A DNA stretch of 64,000 nucleotides from contig QPMI01000520.1 in assembly GCA_004431415.1 (NCBI GenBank), positions 492,025-556,024 on the forward strand. Reading direction: 5' to 3'. The notes beneath the pieces are model-generated. The model ran no database searches. It saw only the letters and a list, made by a program, of their open reading frames with translations, and had not been told where the DNA came from. Of this stretch, positions 47,928-59,218 are shown piece by piece; the first letter of the stretch is position 1; each line of letters begins with the position of its first letter. Source of the stretch: Cyanophora paradoxa CCMP329 (taxonomy: Eukaryota; Plantae; Glaucophyta). A program made the position numbers and the translations under genes.

Positions 47928-48435
47928 ATGCCGCGTGTGAAGAAGAAGCCGCGGAAATCCGCCAAGGCCGCTCCGGCCGCCCCGCCCAAGGCCAAGAAGC
48001 ACACGAAGACCGAGTCGCCGGGAAAGAGACCTTACCGCTATCGTCCAGGTGCGGATGCCAATTATGGTAAGCAGTTAGGGAGGCTGAACGAGGAGAGCAG
48101 GTACTGTCGCGCTGCGGGAGATTCGCAGATACCAGAAGACGACGGAGCTCCTGCTTCGCAAGCTTCCGTTCCAGCGGCTCGTGTTCGAGGTCGCACACGA
48201 TCTAGGCGCAACGGATAAACGTTTCCAATCGTCGAGCGTCCTCGCGCTGCAAGAGGCCAGCGAGGCTTATCTTGTCGGCGTTTTTCAGGATGCGAACCTC
48301 TGCGCCATCCACGCCAAGCGGTGCGTTGCCTGAAGGGATGTGTGCTTAATTTCTGATCGGTGCATGGTGCTCAGGGTCACAATCATGCCGAAGGACATGC
48401 AGCTCGCCCGTCGCATTCGCGGCGAGCGCACCTAG
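47928..48435 (+). CDS. Divergent histone H3 variant (3 exons)
   Basis: Exons 47928-48048, 48101-48320, 48375-48435 give ...[101 protein letters not shown]; both introns are GT-AG (52 and 54 nt). Confidence 0.95.
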
Positions 48436-48681
48436 AAAGAGAGAAGAGCCGTACGGTTATACCAGTATCTCTGGCGCACCGGAGTGCATGTAACCCGCAA
48501 ATTCGATGGTGTTATGCCTGTATTGTGTTCTCAAGTACACAACGGCGAGCTCGCTGAGTGCATGAGACGAATGTTTGAGAGCAATTGCGCCTTTTTGTAC
48601 GAAATCGTCATCATGATCACTCGACAACCGACTGTGCTCGACACGAGTGACAGTGGGCAACTAGTGTATTAAATAGAGAGA

Positions 48682-49293
48682 TCATTCATCGTCAGATGAG
48701 GCCTCCAGAATTTCCTGGATCCGCTCGAGTTTATCGATGGCCCGATTGCCTTTCGATACATAACCCTCGTGAGGTCCGTGAGAGCGCACGAGATCCTCCA
48801 ATTCGTACACACGGGTTTGAAGATTTTTCACCCAGGTCCACGCCTGCTCCAGCTTGAGTTTCACCGGGCATGACTGACCGCACATGCTAGACATTTGCTG
48901 GTTGGCGCAGCACCAGACAAGGCGCTCTCCGCAAAGAGCCTCCGCACAGGCAATAGCGGCAAGCAAAACGGCCTGCGGTGACGTAGCAGCTAAGGCTTGC
49001 TGAAAGTGGGCTTTGGCCGCTGCTTTTTTAGCTACGGCTGTGCGCTTCGACGGATGGATTTCGCCGGGAGACAGCTGTGGTAACTCACGCTCAAAGTTAT
49101 ACCGTCGATTATGCACATTGAACCAGTCCGTCGGCGGGACTGGACTGCTCTTTTTACACGGCTGTTTCCTGCGTCGGTGGTGGCTGACCCCTGGTTGCCC
49201 GACGGGGAGCAGGTCGGCTGCTGTCGCGGTAGAAGGGCTTTCAGCAGAGTTGCTAATCGACGCCGTCGGCTCAGACTTCTGGCGTTTCGACAT
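48682..49293 (-). CDS. Orphan-family protein, paralog B
   Basis: ATG 49293 (MSKRQKSEP), 203 aa, homologous to 44770-45285. Confidence 0.8.
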   Translation of the reverse strand: MSKRQKSEPTASISNSAESPSTATAADLLPVGQPGVSHHRRRKQPCKKSSPVPPTDWFNVHNRRYNFERELPQLSPGEIHPSKRTAVAKKAAAKAHFQQALAATSPQAVLLAAIACAEALCGERLVWCCANQQMSSMCGQSCPVKLKLEQAWTWVKNLQTRVYELEDLVRSHGPHEGYVSKGNRAIDKLERIQEILEASSDDE

Positions 49294-49493
49294 TAGGTAA
49301 CTGCCGATCGAATTAGGGGTACGTGCTACAAGCGTTCGAACCTGCGTTACTGCACGCGAGCTTACAGTAGCCGACACGGACACGTTGACGGCAGCCAGGG
49401 TGCAATTGGCGTTTCGACAAGCGATGGGGGACGCAGCAGCACAGACAGGGTTGCTTTCCAAACGTAGGCGGATGAGAAACGCGTGCCCGCACA

Positions 49494-50860
49494 GTGCCCC
49501 TAAAGCGTCGCCTGATTGAATACGCAGGCCCGCGGCTTGAAGAGGTGGGACATGAGCCATTGTCGTACTCTTCGAGTGCGATGGTACCTGTGCAGGACAC
49601 CCGCTATTCGGATCCGGACGTCAACTACGAGATAACAATCGGAGAGGAGCGTGCAGGGCGCAGGGACGTCGGCACATTAACGGAGTTTCCGCGTCCTTAT
49701 GGGTATTATAAGCGTCATCCGCAAGCAGACATCGATGAGTACGTGCTGTGGTCGTTCATGTCAACCGAGGCATGATCTGAGACCGACGCGATGAAGACGT
49801 CGACGTCCCAGTATACGTGTGCATATACATGCACCTCATTCTGGACAGAAGGTTGCCGCGAGTGACGTGTGTCAAGGCATGATGTGTAATTAAGTCGCAG
49901 CGTGCGCAGCTTCGGGTGCAGTTTAGACCAACGTCATGTTTTCACGACAACTTCAAGTATTTCTGCCAGACCTTCAACCTATCCAAAGGCGCTTTCGTGG
50001 TTGGAGGGAAACAATTGCAAGTACGGCCTGTCGACTGTCCCGAGTCCGTAGGGATAGAGGACGGCGACTTCATAACCTACGTTATGGATGGCAAAGGGGA
50101 GAAGCTGAAGCGGTGCGCGTGGTACATATGCATATAGGATGGGAACTCATGGATTCACGGAACAATTCACAGGGAGGAGGAGTTTGAGGCGTACGTTGAA
50201 TGAAAGGACATCAGAAATTCGCGGGTCTGATTATCTCCACTTGAGCAGAGTGGACGAGGAGACTGCTATGGAGGTATGGATGACGGGCAGCGAGGGAGAG
50301 CGTACCATGCAGATGGTGGAACACCACGCAGAAATATTTTAGATCTGCGATCAAACAATGGCGGTACCGATGTTTGTGTGTGAATCGCAGGGACGAAAGG
50401 TGAACCGATCGACCGGAATGTACTGGTTGCCACCGAGACGAAGGTTGAGTTGATGCTCGGGGGAATGAAGAGATGCAAGCTCACGATCGTGCCCGTACCG
50501 CAGGGTGTGTCTGCAAATGACTGTGATGGCGACGCATGATAGAACTTTACATGACACATGTGATGTGCACAAGGTGACGATTCGATGAACGATAAACTGC
50601 GCACGAAGGCGAACCAGTAACACGCTGGTTCGCAGTGTGTCGTTTCCGCAAGGACCTACGAACACCTTTCAGAGACGATGCGGCGCTTCACGGATAAAGT
50701 TATTATGCCCCACAGGCACGTATTCGCAGGGTATGACGCAGTTGAATTCGAGTACCAAGGGAGGCCGCTTCTGAAAGGGGATACTCCGGAAAAACTAGAG
50801 ATGAAACATGACGACAAAATTAAGTGCGTGAGCACTTACATGATGGCATGCGTTACATGA
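49494..50860 (+). CDS. Protein with tandem SUMO-like domains
   Basis: FVVGGKQLQVRPVDCPESVGIEDGDFI (~50000) and FEYQGRPLLKGDTPEKLEMKHDDKIKC (~50750) match the SUMO F.F.G..L....TP..L.MEDGD.I pattern; no terminal GG. Exon structure is partial. Confidence 0.65.
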
Positions 50861-51229
50861 CGGTCGTGCACCAGGGTTATACCCACCTTATGGGGACAGC
50901 ACATCGACTGCAGTCGAGCGCGCATTTCATATGTACAAGACCTGGTTTGCAGCTGCCTCCGACTTCAGCTACATTCATCCGACGCGCCGTCCGACTCCAA
51001 ATAGGGGCGTACACCAGAACGCATTGTAATGCAATCATGATGTACTTCAGGACTCTAGCGGCACACTGAAAGGGGCCCGAGGAGGGACGAATACTGATGA
51101 TTTGCAGTACTCAAGCAGGCATCTCAGAAGACAAGAGCTACGGCCGCGTACAGGCGACCCGACGCGCGGAGCCTTTGCGGCAGGGCCGGGGCGGACGCCG
51201 GGTGCAGCGGTGTGAGCTTGCTGATTACA

Positions 51230-51370
51230 GAATGTGAATTGACACATGGCGATGAAGTGCACTAGCAGTCCCACGTATTCTATCCGCTCGATCGTTCATA
51301 GCTATCCGGGCTGCACCTAGGCACCATATGTAACTGATGACGGGCGCTCGGTTGAAGCATCTTAATGAGG
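51230..51370. repeat. Dispersed ~150-bp repeat, copy B
   Basis: Matches 44446-44600 in the same orientation. Confidence 0.85.
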
Positions 51371-53751
51371 TGCGGGCAAGGCGGGGCGGGGCTGGATGTG
51401 GCAGAGAAGGGCGGGCGGGGTGATGCACTGATGGGTGGGGCGGGCCGAGCCCTGCTTGGAGATTCTAATCTAGTCGGGTATATTGTCGGAAGGGCATGGC
51501 TGCCATCTTCCTGTGTTGTCTATTTCGACAGCGAGATCTGCAGGCGTTGTCTGGAATGAGGGTGTCAATAATTACGAGATGTAAAGGTAAATCGGGCACA
51601 GACCCCATCAAGGATGGACTTGAAGAACTCGTCAATGATGAGATCGTGGAGACCTGCTTGTCTTTGGCAGAATTGGAATGGGCATTCCCTATGGAAAGGA
51701 ATTCATTGTGATCGTGATCATGAGTGCAGGACGAATAGCTGACCAATCTTCATTATGAAGGGAGAATATCAAGTGCTCGTTGAAATCGAAACACTGCGTC
51801 GGGATAAGAATAATGTGGAATTTATGATGGGAATGCGACCACGTACGTGCGGGTGAACGCAGTACACGGATTGAACTGGCACTCTGATACGTTCTGATGT
51901 GTAGGACAGGACAGATGCAGGCGGAATTTCGTATCGAGTGCCCGAGCGATAGCTGGCAGGCGTCTGGTGGTGAGACGTGAAGAAGTAGAGGTTGAAAATT
52001 TACGTAAGGGAAATACCAAATTCACGTCCGGCTTGCCATGGCCTGAAGATGTGGATAGGCTCGATCTGCAGAAATCGTTGCAGAACCGTTCCATCTTCAA
52101 CGATTATGATGCGATCAACAGGCGGTGTGTTTCTCAGAAGAGTAGTGACGTCGGAGAAGTGACTATAGTCACGGATCGGTCCTCTATAGTCATGTGGCTG
52201 CTCGATCCTCTGCATCGTTCCTCTGAACATCCCAGGTGAGATCCCATGGCACGCTTTTGTTTTCGCCATGATCAAGTAATCGGAACCTGTTGAAATATAT
52301 AAGTTAAAAGTCGTCTTTATTTAGACGGCAGTCGAGGATCGGGCATGAGCATGCTTACTTCGAGCCGGGGTATCAGCCGCCCTGCGAATGAGCGCGCTTC
52401 GAATGTACGCCGAGCAGCGGTTGCAGCGCTTGTGTTCGCCTTGCTGGCGCTGGCGTTGGCGAAGGAGCGCGCCGTGCACGGTACGCGTTGCTTCGCGCTT
52501 AGCGGTGGGTTGGCCTAGCTGGAGATTGCGCTGGCTAATGAGCGCGCTATGAACGATGCGACGACCTGCGCGTGTAGCGCACGGGGTGTCGTTCACGCGC
52601 CGGGAATGCATGCTGTACCCCTAATTGCCGGACTTGACTCTTGCAGAGACGCCTAGGCATGTCGTTGACGAATACTTCGCGTCCCATACTCGATTCCGGT
52701 TCCAAGAAGCGATCGAGAGGTATGTTCTCCGTGTGCTTGCTCCGTTCGCTGCTGATGCGAGTGCATGCTGCGATTTGCGCCATCGCAGATACGTCGCCCA
52801 CATCCGATATAGTGCTAGCTGCTTCTTACGCGAGACCGAATCTCGATTTAGCTTCTTACCGCGACATTTCTGAATCAGTGAGAGTCAGCGGCCGCGGTTC
52901 CATCACCGTACTGGAGGCCATGAGCCACATGACCCCGACGTTTTTATAATCAAGAATCCCTGCACAGGCGCCATCGTAGCAGTACCACCTGGGCCTGCAG
53001 CTCTGCGCGTGAGTAACAACGAGTATACTTCTGCGTACGATGTGATTGCGTCCGTTCAGCTTACGGACTGTAATGGAGGTACCTGTACGCATGTAATCTT
53101 GGATGATGATCAACTATTAACCCCATCTTCACCTCAGAGTACGACTTGATGATAAAGGCCTTCGATTGTGCTGGCAGTTGGGACCCCGATCGCCGGTGGG
53201 CCGAAATCTACATGAAGTGGAATGGAACGGTCGTCAAGCACGTCGTAAATCGACCTGATGTGGATCCAGATGGATGGCCGCTGCATGATGATATGTACCA
53301 CGGAATGTACGACGATGTCGGTCAGAATTAGGGCAAGGACGCGCGCCGTACTACATATACGTGTTATGGCAGTCAGTTCACAGTTTCGTATCGATTACTG
53401 TTTCCTATCTCTGACACCTTCTATTCTGCGCTCTACTACTTAGTTTTGTCTGTATTTATTGAATGCGCACATTGGCACTTGCTACCCTCAGCTTGCTTCA
53501 CTTGACTTCTATTCCAATATCATCCACTCATACTACCTCGATCCCTCCTCACATGTACATGTTTCGTACTATGCTAGCTGACTAGGCCTGGACTACAGTA
53601 TAGTAAGCTTAAGCCGCCGGAAGAGAACTCTGCCGGGGTCCGATCCCCTTGCTGCAACAGAGGCGTCGAATGCAGAGCTTACCACACGCGGCCGCACCCG
53701 TGAAGATGCGCACATGAAGAATATGGGTCCGATCACCACCGCAAGGAGGGT

Positions 53752-54072
53752 TTAGAGATCACATGCTGTAGTTACTTGGGGTTGGGGGGAGTGAAAGAAC
53801 TGTAGTAGCAGGGGTCGCAGGAGTTCGGCAGGAATAGTGTACGTAGCGACGTACTCTGTTGGGGTCCGATTCCCTTGCTGCACCGAGGCGTCGAATGCAG
53901 CGTTGAAGGCATCGTAAATCTCTTGTGTGAGAAGCGGCAGACCGTTGTGTGTGAGCTGCCGCCTAGCGAAGAACTTGATGAGGTCACGTCGGAGCCTCTC
54001 GTACCAGGCGTAAACTCTGCCGCATGTGTAACCGCCAGCAGCGTACACATGCACGTTCGCAAATTTCTTCAT
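53752..54072 (-). CDS. Hypothetical protein with an adjacent degenerate partial copy
   Basis: 106-aa ORF; 53625-53680 repeats its GGGGTCCGAT.CCCTTGCTGCA..GAGGCGTCGAATGCAG segment (~53860-53900). Confidence 0.4.
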   Translation of the reverse strand: MKKFANVHVYAAGGYTCGRVYAWYERLRRDLIKFFARRQLTHNGLPLLTQEIYDAFNAAFDASVQQGNRTPTEYVATYTIPAELLRPLLLQFFHSPQPQVTTACDL

Positions 54073-54249
54073 GAACTGGCCGCAAACACAGTATTAACTT
54101 TTCGGGTGAACTCGACACCAGCCGCGATGATCGTATAAAATAGAAACGCACGGGTGCACTCCTGAGGGAAGCAGACCGGTGTCCCCTTCGCAACCAATCC
54201 AATCCAGGTGACGCGCCCTCAGATTCCTGCGCACAACATTTGAGTGTCA

Positions 54250-55230
54250 TCAAAGTAGTTGCAGGACGCCAGCTGCGGAGGCAGGAGGCATTATGCACTC
54301 GAGTTCGGATCTTGATCGCGGGTTAACGTCTTCGATGCCTGAAAGCGATGACGCAAGAACGCGATCGCGGAGGCCAGCAGTAGTATTTATTGTATGCGAG
54401 AGAGTACGTACTCCAGCTCCCGTGTCTTGCACGTATTTCAAAATCCGGGGCACGGAGTAATACGGATGATGCGTGGTTAATACGTGACCATTTTCAACGT
54501 AGTAGAATGGGTGCAGGAGGCCCAGGTAATCCACGTTGATGGGAATTGTGTGCGTGATGAGGGTCATACACGCTGCAAACGTTGCGACCGGGTGGCTAAG
54601 GTCGTCTCCTGGCACGTAGATTGCACATGCAGCGAGGTCGTACGATGATACTATACGCTCAATAGTATTCGAACCCATGACACTGATCTGAGCAACAAGA
54701 TTTGAAAATCAAAATGAGACCGTTCAGAATATTCTGCATGTAACAGGCACCTGCAGAGGTAGGACCCCTGGGGCCATGATCTGGACGCCGTAGGCAAAAG
54801 GTGCACAGAAGACATCCACGGTTTTATTCTTTGGTAGGTAAGGCGCGACTCGTTCTGCGGAGGCGCGGGCTGCAGCTTGGTAGAAGGCGGTGACAACGCG
54901 AGTGAATTCTGCAACGGTCGAGGCTTTACGTAGATGTCGATATCGTTCCTGCAGGCTACTATCAGGACGAACGGTTCGCGCTCACGTTTTCGCGCATGCA
55001 TGCGTACAGTGCCATTCGGTAGGCTATCGGCGGGCACGTGATGGCTTTGAAGGGGAGGCCACCTGTGCGTGTAGAGAGGATGCGTATGTATGTATACGTA
55101 GGCATGGAACGATGAGCGAAGGACGGACCTGATATGAACACGCAGCTTGGTATGTCAGAAGGAAGGTACGAAATTAAGGCGTGGTCGCGGAGACGCTCCC
55201 GAAAGCCGCAGGGTGTGCATAAAAGCCGTC
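54250..55230 (-). CDS. Pol-beta-superfamily nucleotidyltransferase-like protein (intron-containing; 5' end uncertain)
   Basis: Splicing at GT-AG introns gives FRERLRDHALISYLPSDIPSCVFISGGLPFKAITCPPIAYRMALNDIDIYVKP ... LPLQISVMGSNTIERIVSSYDLAACAIY ... PRILKY, i.e. the hGG..DxD motif. Confidence 0.7.
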
Positions 55231-56642
55231 CATCACAGGCAAACCTGGTCCAATGATCCCATGATCCCGGCAGCCATCGTCAATGGCCCTTCCGAGCATA
55301 TCACCGCTCTGTAAAAACTGGAGTAGGAGCACGCATGACATTAGCTATAGTACCATGTGTTTACCGGATGCGCAAGCAAAGTATAGAACATGCGTGTGTG
55401 CGAACCTCGGTGGGCGCGATACATAGATCGGTGGTGGTGGGCTTGTACAAGGCACTCAGATTAAAGCGCGCCGCGAGATATGATGCTAGCTTTCGCCGAG
55501 GATGATTGATCGCGCCTGTGATATCGTACAAGTCGTACATGGCCGCCGAGGAACAGGATATACGGAGAGAGACTGCTGACAGCTATTCTCGGAAGTGTCG
55601 CTGACGGAGCGATAGCACAGGGGCAGATGCTCGCGTCGGAAGGATACTGGGAAGGAAGAGACGACGGAATGGTTTTGGGTATTCTGGGCTGTGACGCGGA
55701 CGCCCTCATACGAGGGTACAGGCCCGAAGAGTAAAAGTGACCGTTGTACAAGCACTAGGAGAGATCACTGAGGCCAAACAATAGCGGCGCGTTATGCAGA
55801 GCGGAGAAGTGCCGAGAGCGAACGAGGAAGAGACGGCTTCGACCCCCATAGGAACACACACGTCGGCAGAGTCAGCAACAAGCGCACGTAAGGCAGTTCA
55901 AGAAGCGGCTGATGATACGCAAACGGACAAGCGGCCAGAACCAGAGGTGCGTGTGCATTTGCTGGCGGGATTGAAGAGATCGCCCAACGAGTACGCCCAT
56001 GCGCGCATCGGGCTGCGCAGGGAGACCGGAGAGATGATGATAGCGATTGCCCGTCGTGCCACTGGGCGAAATCTGGCAGAGTGCGGAGGGTGCAGATCTG
56101 GCGTTGTGTAAAACCTCTGCATCTGAAAACGACTGACCGGCTGCTATTGTTGCGGCGTTGTAAATTGCAGGCAAGGCATGTAAGATGGCGGATGGCGAGG
56201 TGCAAGGCAGCGACAGCGACAGCACCAGTGACGACTCAAGTAAGTGAATCGAGAATTCATGCCCGCATGAATTGCTATCAGATTGATGGCTTGCATTCCG
56301 TATTGATGCAGTACTGACGACCCGATATTCCCAATTCTTCCTATTTCGGACGGGGACTCTATAAGAATGAACGGCCTCCTGACGAGGCTGCAGAAGGTAT
56401 CGATCGAAATGGTAATTTTGACGGAGGCAATTGATGAATTGGCATCCAAGCGACCAGAAATAGTTGCTCTGACATGAGAAAGAGCTCTGTGCACGCATGG
56501 TGTTCATGCAGTTTTTAAGATCGAGCATCAAGCATCTGAGACGGCAATCCAGTTATTTCCGAGTCAAGAACAGGCATAGGCCTGCCGACTCTCGATGTGT
56601 ATCCGAATATCAATCATAGTGTATGAAGTATAGAATTACAGG

Positions 56643-59082
56643 CTACATAGGGGGAGCGGCACGGGTCCAGAGGCGGTGTTCATAGGTGAGAGGACGTTGG
56701 AGGGCAGATGCATAGCTATAGGGCGAGGGCAACGGCTTCAGTGACGACGCGTAGCCGGTGCAAATGTTCCGAATCGGAGGTCCGGGTCGGCGATCTTGAG
56801 GCCGCCGAGAGCGGTCTCTAAATCCTATGCTCACAGACCGAGTCACGGGCGAAGGCTCCCTATAGCACTGGAGGTGCGGGGTGCACCTGCCGCAACTGCA
56901 TGCCTGATCATTGGAGAGGTCATCGTCGGCGGCTCGCACACGCAATGCGGCCCGGAGGCGGCAAAGGCGAGAGCGGAAGGAAGCAAGGACGTCGGGCTCC
57001 AGAGGTACCGGTAGCTTCATTTCGACCAAGTGAAGCTCGCGCAGACTGGTCATGTACTGCGCAATGAGCTGCGGGCGAGTCAGCAGAGAGGCGGGTCGGA
57101 AGCTAAAGGTTTAGAAACAAGGCACTGGCTGCTACACCTTCATAATTGCGTCCACGACGAAGGGGGCGTTTCCAAACCAAATCCCGCGCCTCCATCCCAG
57201 CCGTGCAGATGAAGGTGTGGACCTGTTCAGGCGTTCCAGGCACTGGGTTTGATCTGGGAGCAAATGCTGACCGCAATCTCCAAGTACTGCAAACGAGCGG
57301 GGAGCGGGGAGCGGGGATTGGAATGGATTGAATGCAGGGGTGTGGCGCGGACTCACTCGCAATTCTGTGCAGCGCTCGATCACGCTCTCCATGGCGCCAC
57401 CTTGGTTCTCATCTCCACGCTGACCGAAGTCGAGAGCGTGGAGGCGGGGCGCCAGGGGGACAAGTGGCCATGGCAAAGTGTCCTCATCCACCTCATCGAG
57501 TACAAGCGATTGGAGCTGTGTGAGCGCGGGGATGACGTTGAGGGCTCTTTGTATGCTATCGACCTCATTGGAACCGGCAACGCCGAGCTGCAGCGCTGAG
57601 TGCGCGAAGGCGCTGTCAGCAGGGTAGCAAGCGAGCTGAGAGAGCACCCGGACATGCGCACACTGAGGGCAGTAATTCGGCCTAGTGGGGCAAAGTCGGC
57701 GATGTTGCGAGTTCGCAAAGCGAGGTGCTCGAGGGTCAGTAACTGTACGAGCGGCTCGAGGGAGACCTGGGAGAAGCGTGACCTCCTCTTCACCGTTGTC
57801 TTCATCATCTGGGTCCGCTCCGATAGAAAACACAAGGAGAGTGCTGCGGCATCGTGCGGGTGCGAACATTAAAATGGTGATGATGGGTGCGGGGGCGCGT
57901 AGAAATACTAGGCAATGGAGTGGTGGCAGGCTGTGTTGTGCACGCAAGCGGAGGGAGGGGGGACGGGTCGAGGGGGAAGTGGGGAGGAACTTACATTTTA
58001 GGGGAAGGCTGACGAGAGGGCGGAGGGCGTCAGGGGCAAAGTACGTTGTCTCCGGATACAAGTTTCCGAATATGAATTGAAGATGCAGCTTATGGAGGTA
58101 CTTCAAGGGCCCTTTCGCCAGGAGGTCAAATGCATTGAATACGACGATTGGAGCAGGCCGCCGCTAGAGGATGGCTCCGACAGGATGCTCGCCCGTAACT
58201 CTGTGAGAGCAGGGCCCTTGGTTGCCAGGTATTCGAACGCAGGCTGGCTTAGCGATATCTGATCGCGCTCCAAACCGTAGCGCGCATCTAGATCGAGACA
58301 GGTGAGGTTGACGAACGATGGATCGCGAGGCACGCGACGTTCTCCGGCTTGAAGACGTAGGTAAGCCATTCATCCATCCAAGGCAAGTCGGATGGCGCGC
58401 AGAGAAGTCGGAGAGAAGCGGACGAACGGAGTCAAAACGCAAGTTTGGACTGGATTATCAAGGACGACTTCTGTGGGCCGCGGGTATGGCCGCTGGAATC
58501 TGGGAGGACGGTCCTGCGATGCAACGGCGTGTTGGATTCATGGGATGCTCGACCTCGCAGGGACGCACTAGCAGTAAGATTTCCATGTGGACATCCTCAA
58601 TTCCCGGCACCGCCGCTGCCGCGCGAATGCACGCATTGGCGAGGTCATCCAGACGATGTTCCGCCTTTCGAGGCGGCTTTCCACGGTCTGCAGACTGAAG
58701 AATGCCCGCGGCGCCCGCAGTAGGGTTCTGAACCGACGACAAACTTGCCCGAGCGGGACGAGCACGTGCATGTCAACGCGGTCGATGCGCTTTGATTCCA
58801 ACGGATGCTCCGGCATAGATAAAAGTGATTCGGCGTACGAGCAACAGCCGCCGGGCAACACCGTCCCGACCACGAGCTGGCTTGCAAGCGCAATTATCTT
58901 GGCGAGTAACTCGTCCGGCAGACATAAGATGTTGACCTGCGGTTGCCATGTCCCATGAACAGATTATGACAGGGCATGTGATCACAAGCTATAGCGGCAC
59001 GCGTACGCACGACATTTACATTCAGGTGGGAACTATGCGCAACACGTCGTCGCCTCTTTCCCATCTGCTGGAAGCTGAGCAC
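56643..59082 (-). CDS. F-box-like / leucine-rich-repeat protein
   Basis: LVPLGQVCRRFRTLL (F-box C-terminal half) followed by LRRs LTCLDL, LTELRA, LEHLAL, LTQLQSLVL, LRELHL across several exons. Frames are inconsistent in places. Confidence 0.65.
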
Positions 59083-59218
59083 TTCGAGCCCGTTCGGGGA
59101 GACTTTAATTTTTTGGAGGGGGCGTACGTGAACTGAGAGTGTTGGTGAACGATCGGGAAAGTAGAGTTAGTTCTGAATTTGAAATTTTCGTCGTCCCGTC
59201 ATTCGAGCTTCTGTCGAC

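Noticed and set aside
47928-48435. CenH3/CENP-A assignment
   Set aside because: It retains the canonical Q in LPFQRL and F in RFQ, and loop 1 is only one residue longer. Not excluded, but unsupported.
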